Part shown: one piece after another, positions 6,811-19,704 of the stretch
How positions within the stretch are numbered: position 1 is the stretch's first letter
How the letters are laid out: every line of letters begins with the position of its first letter
Assembly (NCBI GenBank): GCA_033762915.1
Contig: JANRLD010000024.1
Location: forward strand, 1 to 19,704
Direction: 5' to 3'
From: Meiothermus sp.
Lineage (GTDB): Bacteria; Deinococcota; Deinococci; Deinococcales; Thermaceae
Length of the DNA: 19,704 nt
Made by a program: the position numbers and the translations under genes
The notes under the pieces: generated by a model
Databases searched by the model: none
What the model was told of the DNA's origin: nothing
Seen by the model: the letters and a program-made list of their open reading frames with translations, nothing else

Positions 6811-7527
6811 TCAGAGCGCTGGGGCCGCGTAGCCGCGCTGAAGGGTGATGATCTGCTCACGCCCGCCCGTGAGGTGCAGCTCTAGAGCTCCGTGGGCGTC
6901 CGCCACCGCCGCGTGGGTGAGGTGGAGGGTGCGCCCCAGGAGTAGGGGGGAGGCCTCCAGAGCCTTCCGCGGGAGCGGGTGGCCCTCGATCTCAAGTAGG
7001 CATTCGAAGCACCAGGCCACAAGATCCGGCCGCTCAATGGTTGTGGCAGCGGGGCGTAGCAGTTCGGCCTCGCTCCGTCGGATGTAACCTACCTCCGAGA
7101 AGGTGGAGAGCACCTTGGGTAACGCGTTGGAGAGGTTGCTGTCCTCGCCGAAGTAGCGCATGACCCGCGCAGCCACGCGGCGTGCGGGCACGCGCTCGTG
7201 GAAGCGGAACTCCTCTTCAAGGATGGCCGCCACCTCCCTGGTCCGCGGGAAGGCGCGCAGAATGAGCAGTGCGTGGACGATGCCGGAGGACTCGGCGTCC
7301 AGGCGTCTCGCCAGGGCCGCCGCGCGGGCCTGCAGCGGGGGCGGGAGCTCGCCGCCGGCGTACCAGACCCGCCTCAGGATCGACAGGACCTTGCGCGCCG
7401 GGCGCGTCAGTTGGAAGCGGGAGGCCAGCTCGGCCCGGGCCTCTGACCACGTCGCGTGCTCCCCGACCAGTCTGCCGGCAGCGTCCAGCCAGTCTCGGCG
7501 GACCAGCATCTGAAGACCGATTTCCAC
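6811..7527 (-). CDS. brxA: BREX type 3 BrxA-like protein
   Basis: Last gene of the operon, 3 bp after pglZ; 238 aa, helical; N-terminal IGL...RRDWLD and ARKVLSILRRVW pattern. Assignment rests largely on synteny. Confidence 0.7.
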   Translation of the reverse strand: MEIGLQMLVRRDWLDAAGRLVGEHATWSEARAELASRFQLTRPARKVLSILRRVWYAGGELPPPLQARAAALARRLDAESSGIVHALLILRAFPRTREVAAILEEEFRFHERVPARRVAARVMRYFGEDSNLSNALPKVLSTFSEVGYIRRSEAELLRPAATTIERPDLVAWCFECLLEIEGHPLPRKALEASPLLLGRTLHLTHAAVADAHGALELHLTGGREQIITLQRGYAAPAL

Positions 7528-7530
7528 CTT

Positions 7531-9332
7531 TCACCCCCCGATCCGCGCGTAGGGTACCACGACTTCCTCCAGACTGCATCCCCCGTGCGCGACCAGCGGG
7601 CCGCCGTGCGGGGCGAAGTGGTGGCTGTGGCTGGCCAGGACGAACCGCAGGCCCGGCGGCAGGCCGGTGGACTGCCAGAGCTCGGTGCCGTCCGGCCGCA
7701 GCGCCAGCTCTAGGGCCATCGATGAGGGGTCTTCGATGATCAGGGCGCGCTGGGCCTGGGTGCCGCCGAAGACCTTGAGCTGAGCATCCCGGCGGACCCT
7801 GGCGGTCGCCACGGCGTGGCCGTGGTCGCTGGTCAGGTGGACCGTATAGCCAAGCCCCAGCCACTCGCCCAGCCACGGCAGCAGGCGGTCGCCTAGAAGA
7901 CGGATCACGTCCCGGTGCAGTTCCCCGATGTCGCCGGCCGAGGCGTGCACCAGGTCGTCCACGGCGTTGACCACGACCGCGAGGTGGGCCGCCCGCGCGT
8001 CCTGCCGCACCTCCCGCAGGAAGTCCACCAGTGGCCGGCTGCCCTGCTTGAAGTACTGCGCGTGAACACCCTCGAAGTGCCCGCGGAAGTGTGCCTCCTC
8101 GTGGGCCGTGGTGGACCAGTGGTCGGCGAAGGCGGCCGGGGGCTTGCCCGCGAAAATAGCCTGTCTGGCCAGCGACGTGACCGTGGGCACCCATGCGATT
8201 AGGGCCTGGGTGTGGGCGATGTCCGACCAGGACTGGGGGTGGGCCTGCAGGGCCCACAGCCACTGGTCCATCCGGAGCCCGTCCACCACCACCAGCAGGG
8301 TCCTGCGTGACTCCGCAGCGTCCGTGAGCACCCGGCCGATCACGTGGTGGGTCATGAGCGGCCTGTGGCTGGCGGCGGTTAGCGACGCATAGGACCCGCG
8401 CAGCCAGAGTTCGAACTCGGCCTGGTGGTCGGCCCGGGGTGGCAGGTCGGCTAGCTGGGCAGCCCCGACGGCCTGGCAGATCTGCGGCAACGCGTCGAAC
8501 CACCGCCCGTAGCCGTCACCGGCCCCGGGGTATTCCTGGAGTGCGTGCTCGGTCGCGAACCTCCGGGCCTGTTCCTCAAGGCTGAGGCGCTTCGTCCCCG
8601 CCAGGAGCCATCGAGGCGAGGAGGCGGGGAGGTTGGCCTCGACCGGCCGGAGGAGGCCCTCCGTGAAGAGGCCATCCAGGTAGACGGCGACGCGCCGTTC
8701 GGGGAAGGGGACGCCGGACGGTGAGCGCGTCCGGTCGTTGGAGGTGACGAACCCCTCCCACTCGCGCTGCACGAAGGGCAGGAAGGGCAGCACGGCGGGC
8801 AGCGGCCTGCGGGCGAGCGCGGCGCGGAGGAGCGGCGCGGGCGGGTCGGCGTGGAGGTAGTGGACCCTGAAGAGCCACTCCCACATCTCAGTGTCCGACC
8901 GCACGAGGCTCGGGTCGAACCCGAGAAGCACCCGCAGGAGCTCCTGCAGGGTCTGGTCCGAGGTCCACACCCGGGCCGACCAGGACCTGCGGTCGGCCTC
9001 GCCGGCCCGCGCGTAGAGCTGGTCCAGCCACGGCGGTTCGAGCTCGGCCAGGGTGGCGGCGTGGAGAGACCCGAAGAAGGGGTAAAAGTCCAGCCGCTCC
9101 CGAAGGACATCAGGGCGGAGAAGCTCAGGGACCGGCCGCTGTCCCGATTTGAGGAGGACGGCCACCGGCCGGTCCGCCGGCCCGGGGGTGTAGTCCTCAA
9201 TATCGACGACCAAGTAATCCGGTGCCAGTAGCCGACGGACGTCCGGGCGCCGCAGCAGGCCGCTCGCGTCCTCGAAGGCCGCCAAGTCGAAGGTCTTGTC
9301 ACAGACCCACCGGGCGACCCGCTCCGAAAGCG

Positions 9333-9336
<4 letters not shown>
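7531..9336 (-). CDS. pglZ: BREX-3 PglZ alkaline-phosphatase-superfamily protein
   Basis: LLVVVDGLRMDQW, WVPTVTSLARQAIFAG, VDDLVH, TSDHGH and HGGCSLEEVVVP; start overlaps the helicase stop (GTGA). Confidence 0.93.
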
Positions 9337-12023
<2,687 letters not shown>

Positions 12024-12031
12024 AGCCGGGG

Positions 12032-14728
12032 CTACAGGTTGCCCAGCTGGATGCGGGCGTTGTCGAAGTACATGGTGAGCTCGGGGTCCTCGTAGATGAC
12101 AGACTCCGGGATCATCTTACCTACAGCGACGATGTCCTCCATGCGGCCGGCGTTCCACGCGTCCTCGAATCCGGCCTTGACGGCATCCATCCGGTAGGTC
12201 TCCAACTGGCCTTTGTTGCGGCCCTTGGTCGCAACTCCCCTGCCCTCCAGATACCCCTTGAACACCCGCAACAGTCCCCGCTGGCGCAGCTTCTCAAGGT
12301 CGCCGAGCCTGGCCGGGTCGGGGACGTACCAACGGCCCTGGTCATCCTGGAGGAAGTTCTCAGCCAGGAGGTCGTCGAGCTCGGGGATCTGATTGCGGCG
12401 GTCGGACTGCTGCAGCGCCTGGAGGTACTCGGTGTAGATGTCGCGCCGGGTCTGAGGCCTGCTGCTCAGCTCCTGGCGGATCCAGGCTATCGCGCTGCGC
12501 TCGTCTTGTACGAACAGCGGTGCTTGCTCCAGTTCGTCTAGCCCGGCCAGCTGCTTCTGGGTGCGGTACTCCCCTACCTGCTCCGGAAGGAAGAACATGC
12601 CGTCCTCCTCGAAAAACCGACTACGCAGCCCTTGCACGAAACTCGGCTTGTCCATCGGCACCCGCATATTGTTCTGCACGTGGTAGGCCACCATGCGGTC
12701 GAAGAGGGTGTGCTCGGTACGCTCGGCGATCACCTCGACCTTGCCCTTTGCGGCCACGAATACCGGGAGTTGGCCCAGGTGACCCTGAATGAAGGCGAAG
12801 GCCGAATCCTCGGTCCCAGCGGTACGCTTGATGTTTTCAAGCATCCGTGGCCCGGGCTTGTAGGCGCTGATCACGAGGTCCTGCTTCACGGCCGTCATCG
12901 ATGTCACCTGGCGGTAGGAGCCCTGCTGCTTGTCCAGCACCCGCACATCAGCGACTACGAAGCCCACCTGGGTGAGCGCGTACTGTATGGCGTTCCACAC
13001 GGCGCTGCTGCTATTGCTGAAGACCACCGTCATCCACCGACCTGGCTTGAGCACGCGGTAGTACTCACCGAAACAGTCCTCCATCATTTGCTGGTACTCC
13101 GGTAGTCCTTTGCTCTTGAGGCGGTCGACGATGGCCTCAGAAGAAGCGTTTGTAATGACCTTGTGCCAAGATTCAACAAGAAAATTCAGATCTGCGTAGT
13201 AAATGTTGCCCCCAAATGGTGGGTCTGTAAAAATGTAGTCGATGCTATTCGATTGCAGAATTAGCTTAGATGCAGAGCCAGTGGTGCAAGAGACTTGGTC
13301 AACCCCCCCACTTACACCACCTAGTGCCCTGACGAGGCGTGTAAGCTTCCCATCAAGAATGTAACTCGGAGAAACGTCGACGATTTGCGACCCAATGTAA
13401 TACACGCCGTTTAGGTTACGATTGACCTGAGAGTAGTGTGTAGGTGCATATCGGGCTAGTACTGACATGCCCCAAATCGCCTGCTCGACGAAATACAACA
13501 ACATGTTTTTGAGACGATGGTCGGTTTGCGCAGTGGCTTTGCTCCAGAGTAGGCCTAGGGTCTGGGCAGCGCGTGGAAGAAAGAAGTGGTGGACGTGAGT
13601 AAAACCTTTCGGAGCAATCCTAGATCCGTGGTACATCTCCTCGATGGGAAACCTGTCTGTTGGGATTCTGTTGGGCAGGGCCAGCTTTTCGATCTTTGCC
13701 AAGAGGGCTAGATCTTCCGCGTCCGGCTTCTTTTCGTATCGCTGATCGCCAATTATGTATGAGATTAGAGATGGCTTCAGCTTGATGCGCTGCCACACTT
13801 TTCCTGTTGCTGGGTCTATCCGAGACTCCAACATCCGCTCAAGGGTGTCTTTCTTCAACGCTGCAGCGCAATTGGGGCAGGGAAAAGCGTCTTTCACTCG
13901 CTTTGAATCTTCGTCAAGAGCCTCGTCTAAGAAGACCATCTCTGCACTGCAGGCTGGACAGCTGAACACTTCGCTCCAGACGGTGTACTCGATCTTCCCG
14001 ACAAGCCCGTTGGTGTGGCGGGTCTCGTACATCCACCCCAGCTCGCTCTCGACATCCTCCAGTAGTCTCCGGCCGGCGTTGGCGAATTCGCCGGTGTCGA
14101 AAGGCAGGTTGTAGTTGGCGGAGATGAAAGTTGCGATCGGTGAGAGGTCGTTTAGCACCACCCGGCGACCGCCCCACCTTGGTGCCCCCCTGCCTGCGAT
14201 CTGCCACTCGGCTTCCAGCGACTGGCGGTACTCGCGGGGTGCAGTCCCGCACCACTGTGAGGCCACGCCCGTCATACCCGACCCGGCGAAACCGTCGAGC
14301 ACAAGGTCGCCTGGCTCTGTGTAGTGCAGGATGAAGGGAACAATGGCCAGGTGGGGGACCTTGGTGTGGTAGCTGTGGGCCCTGTAGATCGGGTCGCTCT
14401 TCCCAACAGCCATGTCCGATGCGAAGGGCTCCCGGCGGTAGTTGTCCCGGTCGGGTTCATAGGGTCTTCCGTGGTGTGCTACGAAGTCCGTCAAGAACGG
14501 GTTAGGGCACGCCGTGTAGTAGGGCGGGTCTGACAGTGCCAGGATGTCCTCGTCCTTGCCTATAGGGAAGCCCGGGATCTTGCGGAAGTCCGGGTCTTTG
14601 AGCTTCTCGGCCAGTATCTTCAGGAAGTGCTCCCGCCGTGCCTCATCGTTCTCGAAGCTCAGTCCCAGGCACTTGACGGTCTGGCGGGCCTTACCGGCGT
14701 CATCCGACTCCAACAGGCGTTCTTGCAT
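12032..14728 (-). CDS. pglXI: BREX-3 amino-DNA methyltransferase (PglXI)
   Basis: AAGGAG RBS; LSDPPYYTACPNP, HSYHTKVP, SAM-binding VLDGFAGSGMTG, Zn-ribbon CPAC/CPNC, catalytic DYIFTDPPF, YRVLKPGRW. Confidence 0.92.
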   Translation of the reverse strand: MQERLLESDDAGKARQTVKCLGLSFENDEARREHFLKILAEKLKDPDFRKIPGFPIGKDEDILALSDPPYYTACPNPFLTDFVAHHGRPYEPDRDNYRREPFASDMAVGKSDPIYRAHSYHTKVPHLAIVPFILHYTEPGDLVLDGFAGSGMTGVASQWCGTAPREYRQSLEAEWQIAGRGAPRWGGRRVVLNDLSPIATFISANYNLPFDTGEFANAGRRLLEDVESELGWMYETRHTNGLVGKIEYTVWSEVFSCPACSAEMVFLDEALDEDSKRVKDAFPCPNCAAALKKDTLERMLESRIDPATGKVWQRIKLKPSLISYIIGDQRYEKKPDAEDLALLAKIEKLALPNRIPTDRFPIEEMYHGSRIAPKGFTHVHHFFLPRAAQTLGLLWSKATAQTDHRLKNMLLYFVEQAIWGMSVLARYAPTHYSQVNRNLNGVYYIGSQIVDVSPSYILDGKLTRLVRALGGVSGGVDQVSCTTGSASKLILQSNSIDYIFTDPPFGGNIYYADLNFLVESWHKVITNASSEAIVDRLKSKGLPEYQQMMEDCFGEYYRVLKPGRWMTVVFSNSSSAVWNAIQYALTQVGFVVADVRVLDKQQGSYRQVTSMTAVKQDLVISAYKPGPRMLENIKRTAGTEDSAFAFIQGHLGQLPVFVAAKGKVEVIAERTEHTLFDRMVAYHVQNNMRVPMDKPSFVQGLRSRFFEEDGMFFLPEQVGEYRTQKQLAGLDELEQAPLFVQDERSAIAWIRQELSSRPQTRRDIYTEYLQALQQSDRRNQIPELDDLLAENFLQDDQGRWYVPDPARLGDLEKLRQRGLLRVFKGYLEGRGVATKGRNKGQLETYRMDAVKAGFEDAWNAGRMEDIVAVGKMIPESVIYEDPELTMYFDNARIQLGNL

Positions 14729-14741
14729 GGCAATCTCCTTG

Positions 14742-17700
14742 CTACTGAATGATCAGGCGCACTTCTTTGGGATTCAGGGTCGACATCTTGCTCTTGAGCA
14801 GGGCGTCGAAGCGCTGGCGCATCTCGGCGGGGTCGGCCGGCCCGCCGGCGGACAGGGCCAGGGCAAGCTCCCCGGCCGTTATGGTGACCGGCTGCAGCTT
14901 GTCGAACGCCCTACCCAGGCTGGTGATGACCGGAGGGTTGATGTGGCCCTCCGGGTCCCGACGGAACAGCTCGACATTGTCCCGGTCCTTCCTCTGCAGG
15001 AGCTCGATGTTACCGACCACGGTGGGGTCGTCCAGGTTGGCCCTGATCTGCCCCACCCAGGCCTGCAGGAGGTCGGAGAAACCCGCCTCGATCCCGGCCA
15101 ACTCGTCGGCCGGCAGCGGGGTGCCTGGCTCGGGCGGTGCCCATCCGCCCACCCTGGCACTCTGCAGAAACTGAGCGTCGGCGGGCAGTGGGGCGAAGCG
15201 GAGTCGATCGAGGCGGTTCTCAAGAGCGCCGAACTCGGAGCCGCTGATCACCGGGAGGACCTTGAGGTTGCGCAACTTCTCGACAATGGACGAGGCGCGC
15301 AACTCCTTGGCTTCTGCCTCCTGGGAGGCGCTCAGGTGATAGCGCTGGAACTCGCCCCTGTACCAGGCTATGTACTCGTCCCTGAGGCCCTGCAACTGGC
15401 TGATGCCGTCGGGCAGCGGCCTGGGCCAGGTCCCAGGCTGCTGAAGCTCGCGCACCTGGCGGGCTTTGGTGTCGCGGATCCGCTCGCGCATCGTCTCGGG
15501 CGCCGTGGGCACGTTGAGCAGGACGTCCTGCAGGTAATCGGTGAGCGGCTGCGCGTTCTTCAGGAAGCCGTTCAGCGCCTCGACGTCGGCCAGGGCCTGA
15601 AGGCCGCCCTCGGCGGCGTCGACGTCTGCGTCGGCCAGTTGCAGGGCGCGCAGCTGGCCGACGTTCTTGATCGACAGAACGCGGTCGTTCAGCTTCCGTA
15701 GGGCCTCCAGCTGCTGACGGTGCTCCGTGAGGACTTGTTGGCTCACCAGGGCCTCCCCCCAGTAGCGTGGCTCGATCTGGGACAGCAAGGGGACCGCCCG
15801 CTTCTGCAGTTCGTCGCTCCCGCTCAGGAGCCTTGCCAGAAGCTCCTGGTGACGGTCCTGGTTCTGCGCCAGGATCGTCGGGGCACCGTAGAGGGTGGCG
15901 AGCCGCGGGAGGACGCCCCCTGCCGCAGAGACCGGGCCAAACAGGTCGAAGCCGAGGAAGTCGTCCGGGGTGAAGGTCTCCAGCCCGTCGGCGGCGATGG
16001 GCTTGCCTCGGGTGCGCAGCTGGATCTTGCCCATGGCCACCAGGCTGGCCAGCACCCCGGCCATCAGTGGCGGCTCCAGGTGGAAGTGGGCGTCCCGCTC
16101 CTCGGGGCCCTGCTTGCCCTCGGCGTACTGCTCCATGACCTCGCCGCGATTCACCACCTGACCGCGTTTCGCCTCCAGCAGCCCGAGGAAGTGCTGGGCG
16201 TACCGGCCGGGGGTGCTCTTGAGGTGACCGTTGCCGTCGAGCTGGTCGAGCGCCCTCAGGAACCTCTGGCCCTGCTCGTCCCCGCTGCCCTTCGCCAGCA
16301 TGGCCAGGCCCTTGCGCAGCAGCTCGGGGTACTGGGCGGCTGGGCTGATGCGGTCGAACCGGGGGTAGTCCGGGTGCTGCTGGTCGAAGCGCGGTCCGAG
16401 CGCCGCCGATGCCACCGTGCGTACCATGTCGCCCAGGGAGTCGAAGCTGGTGGGGACGCCGTTGCGGGCGCAGAAGGTGTTGATCGCCAGGGTGGTGCCG
16501 CCGTAGGCGACCTTGAAGGCATCGTTGACCCGGTCCCGCAGCCGGGTGTAGGCCTCCTCCAGGTGTTTCTTGGCCCGGCCCGTGTAGGCCCTGGCCAGCT
16601 CGGCGTGGGCCCCCTTGGTGGCCGCCCACATGCGCGCTGAGACGTGCCGGCGCAGGTGCCCCTCCAACTCGGGGTCGGCCTCGCACAGGAAGAAGACCTC
16701 GTCCTCTTGGGCGTCGCGGGGCTCCCTGCCGGGCGGGCAGATGTAGGTATAGAACTCCCGCGGGGGCTGCGCGGTGGAGCGGTCGTCGGGCAGGCCGAAG
16801 AAGACGTAGCCTAGCCGGTCGGTGTTGCGGCCCTTCCAGTCCAGCCTCCACTCCCAGATGTTGTAGTTGGCGACGTAGGAGGCCCTCACGTCCAGGCTAA
16901 GAAGCTGGCGGAACAGCTCGTAGTAGGCTCCTTCGAGTTCCGGCGTCGCCACGTGGGCCGCCTGGGACTCGACGTTCTCGTCGATGGGCTCGATCTTCTC
17001 AAGGTCGAGGTAGAAGGAGTCCAGGTTGTTGATCTTCGCCGAACTGATGAACTGGAACCCCACCACCTCGCGGAGCTTCTGCACGGTGGCGGTGATGGTC
17101 CCGTCGAGCAGCTGCTGACTGGCCGCCTGTGTCGTTGGCGCCAGCATCAGCTCGTCGCGCAGCTCGACGACGTTGAGGCCGATGCTGTCGGTCAGGTTCG
17201 GTGTGGTGAGACGGTGCACGGCCAGGGCGTTGAGGATCCGCTTGGCTCCCGGCTGGTAGGGGGCGGGGAGCTGGGGCAGCTTGCTCTTGAGGGTCTGCAG
17301 CGGCGGCTTGACCGCGCGGACTCCCTCCTCGCGGTCGTAGACGGCGTCCTGCTCAATCAGCTCCCAGTAGCTGTCGTAGGACACCAGCCCTGGCTGGTGG
17401 TCGGGTACGGCCTGGTCCTGCAGGCCGGCCAACTGCCTGGAGAGGGTGGTCAGGATCTCGCGCCGCTCGCCCATCTGGAGCTGGCTGAAGCGCTCGATGT
17501 ACTTGGGGTGGAAGGGGTACAGATGGACGTGCCGCTCAAAGTCGGTGGCCAGGGCGGTGTAGAGCTTCTGGAACTTGCCCAGGTGCCCACGCACCCACTG
17601 GGCTTGCTCGGGAGTCTTGCGCAACAAGCGCTCCTGGACGACGTACTCGATGTCCTCGCGCTTGATGGTCAGGCTGTGGAACCGCTCCATGACCCGGCGG

Positions 17701-18416
17701 GCCGCATCGGCGGCCACCTGGAAGCGCTGGTTGCCGAGCAGGGCCTCCTGCACGCCCGCAATGAGCCGTAGGCGCGAGCCCTGAGCGTATTCGGCGAGCT
17801 CGCGGAGAAAGTTGAAGTCGTGGGTGAGCTGGACGTTGTCCCGGCCGCGCAGGAAGTCCAGCAACTCGTCGATCACGATCAGCAGGCCGTGGTCGGGGTA
17901 CCGGGCGTGGAAGGCCACCATGATGCTTTCAAAGTGGGGCCGGTTGTTGGCGTACACCTTGGTAGTGTCCAGTACCGGGTGTACGCCCAGGGCCGTGAGG
18001 CCGGGGATGATGGCGTCGCCCTCAAGGAATATGCGCTGCAGCGAGTGCTGAACGGCCCCGAGCTCGACCCGAAGTACCTTGAACTTGCCGGTCATCGGCC
18101 GGAGCGCTGTGCGCATCTCCTCGCTAGAGACGGCTTCAAGCAGGCCGGCCTCTTCAGCGACGGCAGAAAGGACAGACATCAGGTGTGACTTGCCGGTCCC
18201 GTAGCCGCCGATCAGAAGCAGGGCGTGCTTCCCCCCGGGCGCGTCCTAGCTGTCCAGAGCGACGACCGGCACGAGGTCGCGCGCCATGCGCTCAACAATG
18301 CTGGAGGAGGCCTTGTAGTCCTCGACCAGCCTGCGTGCCTCCTTGGGCTGTGCGGAGTCCTTGAGTCGGACCACGCTCTCGATGGGCATGAACCTGTTGA
18401 TTTCGCGGTACAGCAT
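14742..18416 (-). pseudogene. brxC: BREX-3 BrxC/PglY-like P-loop ATPase (DUF6079-type), interrupted by in-frame TAG at codon 57
   Basis: GAGGAG RBS and ATG 18416: MLYREINRFMPIESVVRL...VVALDS*DAPGGKHALLLIGGYGTGKSHLMSVLS. The frame continues into ORF 14742-18179. Walker A GGYGTGKS, Walker B LLIVIDE, later LYPFHP motif. Confidence 0.88.
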
Positions 18417-18423
18417 TTCTTGA

Positions 18424-18470
18424 CTCCTCGACTCATTCTATTCTTCTGTATGCCGTCAATATGGACATAC
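18424..18470 (-). promoter_or_regulatory. BREX operon upstream region: RBS, -10-like TAGAAT, TTGACG hexamer inside an inverted repeat
   Basis: GAGGAG (18429-18424), TAGAAT (18440-18435), TTGACG (18459-18454; only 13 bp from the -10). Inverted repeat GTATGCC-N9-GACATAC at 18448-18470. Confidence 0.5.
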
Positions 18471-18494
18471 TGCGGTGGCTTGCTGGTCGCTTTG

Positions 18495-19541
18495 CTAGCG
18501 GCCGGGGCCGGTGAAAAGACCGACGATCGCCATAAGGGCGAAGCAGTAGACCAGGAAGCCCAGCAGGGCTGCCCCAAGGACTATGACTACCGATATCCGC
18601 CACCCCTCGAACAACAGCTTCTCCACGGCAGGGTGCCCTCCCCGGGCCTGGAAGTACGCCCAGGAAACGGTGGGAGCCACTAGGCCGTAGAGGACGATCG
18701 TCCACAACCCCCTGAGATCGCCTGCGTGGGAGAAGGACTGCAGGCCCTGGACCACGGCCAGCGACATCAATGCGATGCTCAACCGGTCTGTGCCGGTCAA
18801 GTCGCCGCAGAAGCCGCATGACGTGAAGATGACCCAGATCGGGGCCAGGATAGCGAGGAAGCCGGTAGAGAGGGTGGTGATTGCGGCATGCGCTGTGGTG
18901 GCGATCTCCACCAGGCCGAAGTGGTGGAAGGAGACCGGGGTGGCCAGGTCCGTGAGCCCCAGGCGGTGCTGGGTGCTGAGCCATGCCGTCTCGAAGTCGA
19001 GGTAGTAGCGGGAGGCACCGTAGGCGGCCAGGAAGGCCACCTCGCCTGCGATCACTGCACTGGTCGCCCGGGCCCACACGGCACCTTGGAGCTTGAGCAT
19101 CGAGAGGTCAAAGATGCGGTGGAGCGCCAGTGCGAAGGCCATGAGCACGGCGCCGAATGGCAGCAGCCACAACACTACGAGCCGGTACTCGCCGGCTACC
19201 AGGAGGACCCCGAGCTGTCCTTCCAGCAGCCGCGCGGTCCAACCCTGATAGACCCGGTTGCCCCACCCGGCGACCGCGCCCATGAGGCCCGCGTCAGATG
19301 CGTTGAAGGGGGCTGAGGAGTCCAGCGTGCTCCGCGCCGAGGCCCTTCTATAGTCCTCCTCCACGGCTAGGACCTGGGAGTAGACGTAGCCCTGCGGCGT
19401 TTGGGGCCTGAGAGATGGCGTGTCGAAGAGCCAGAGTAACATGCTGAGTGCGAGCAGAGAAAGGGCGATGCCCTGGAGCAGTCCGAACGTCGGCTGCGGC
19501 TCGTCTAATCCGGACAGGTCGATCTCAATATCGTCGGCCAT
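18495..19541 (-). CDS. Hypothetical multi-pass membrane protein (348 aa)
   Basis: Start placed at ATG 19541 (MADDIEIDLSGLDE), 5 nt after a TAGCAT -10-like box; about 7-8 hydrophobic segments. The ORF extension to 19673 runs through the homopolymer. Confidence 0.75.
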   Translation of the reverse strand: MADDIEIDLSGLDEPQPTFGLLQGIALSLLALSMLLWLFDTPSLRPQTPQGYVYSQVLAVEEDYRRASARSTLDSSAPFNASDAGLMGAVAGWGNRVYQGWTARLLEGQLGVLLVAGEYRLVVLWLLPFGAVLMAFALALHRIFDLSMLKLQGAVWARATSAVIAGEVAFLAAYGASRYYLDFETAWLSTQHRLGLTDLATPVSFHHFGLVEIATTAHAAITTLSTGFLAILAPIWVIFTSCGFCGDLTGTDRLSIALMSLAVVQGLQSFSHAGDLRGLWTIVLYGLVAPTVSWAYFQARGGHPAVEKLLFEGWRISVVIVLGAALLGFLVYCFALMAIVGLFTGPGR

Positions 19542-19556
19542 AGACCATGCTACCAA

Positions 19557-19577
19557 CCCCCCCCCCCCCCCCCCCCC
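19557..19577. repeat. C21 homopolymer (G21 on the coding strand)
   Basis: 21 consecutive C, followed by low-complexity, run-rich sequence to the window end. Confidence 0.85.
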
Positions 19578-19704
19578 GCGAAAAGACACCCCCCCCCACA
19601 AGGGTTTAGTTATTGGGCAAACCCCCAACAAGGGCCGGTGGATAGCCCCCCAACAGGCGAAAGGACCCACCACAACCCGAAAAAAACAACGCCCCGGTTT
19701 TTTT

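Noticed and set aside
14742..18179. ATG 18179 as the true brxC start
   Set aside because: It lies downstream of Walker A and lacks an RBS, whereas ATG 18416 has GAGGAG and is in frame.
18246..18248. Genome-wide TAG reassignment (alternative genetic code)
   Set aside because: TAG is the normal terminator of many genes here (ends at 570, 1608, 3309, 4706, 5959, 12032, 14742), including tightly coupled ones.
19542..19673. N-terminal poly-Gly extension of the membrane protein
   Set aside because: It derives from the homopolymer and low-complexity end sequence.

Overview
GC-rich accessory or defence-island region. A Deinococcus-Thermus host is inferred from -10 boxes abutting start codons and from the gene content; this is not proven. 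The right two-thirds (6811-18416, minus strand) is a tightly coupled BREX type 3-like operon: brxC-like ATPase, pglXI methyltransferase, brxHII SNF2 helicase, pglZ and brxA. It has two anomalies. (1) The ATPase really starts at 18416 and carries an in-frame TAG at codon 57, upstream of its Walker A motif. (2) No brxF is visible, and an unknown multi-pass membrane gene lies where brxF would normally be. Downstream on the same strand is a separately promoted MerR-HTH / vWA / unknown repeat-like protein trio. The left 3.3 kb holds an array of ~16-bp direct repeats (transposon end or iterons), a secreted thermonuclease-Excalibur plus double-Excalibur pair, small hypotheticals, and remnants of an antirepressor, a tyrosine recombinase and possibly a methyltransferase. 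The last ~150 bp (C21 run onward) may be an assembly-end artefact.
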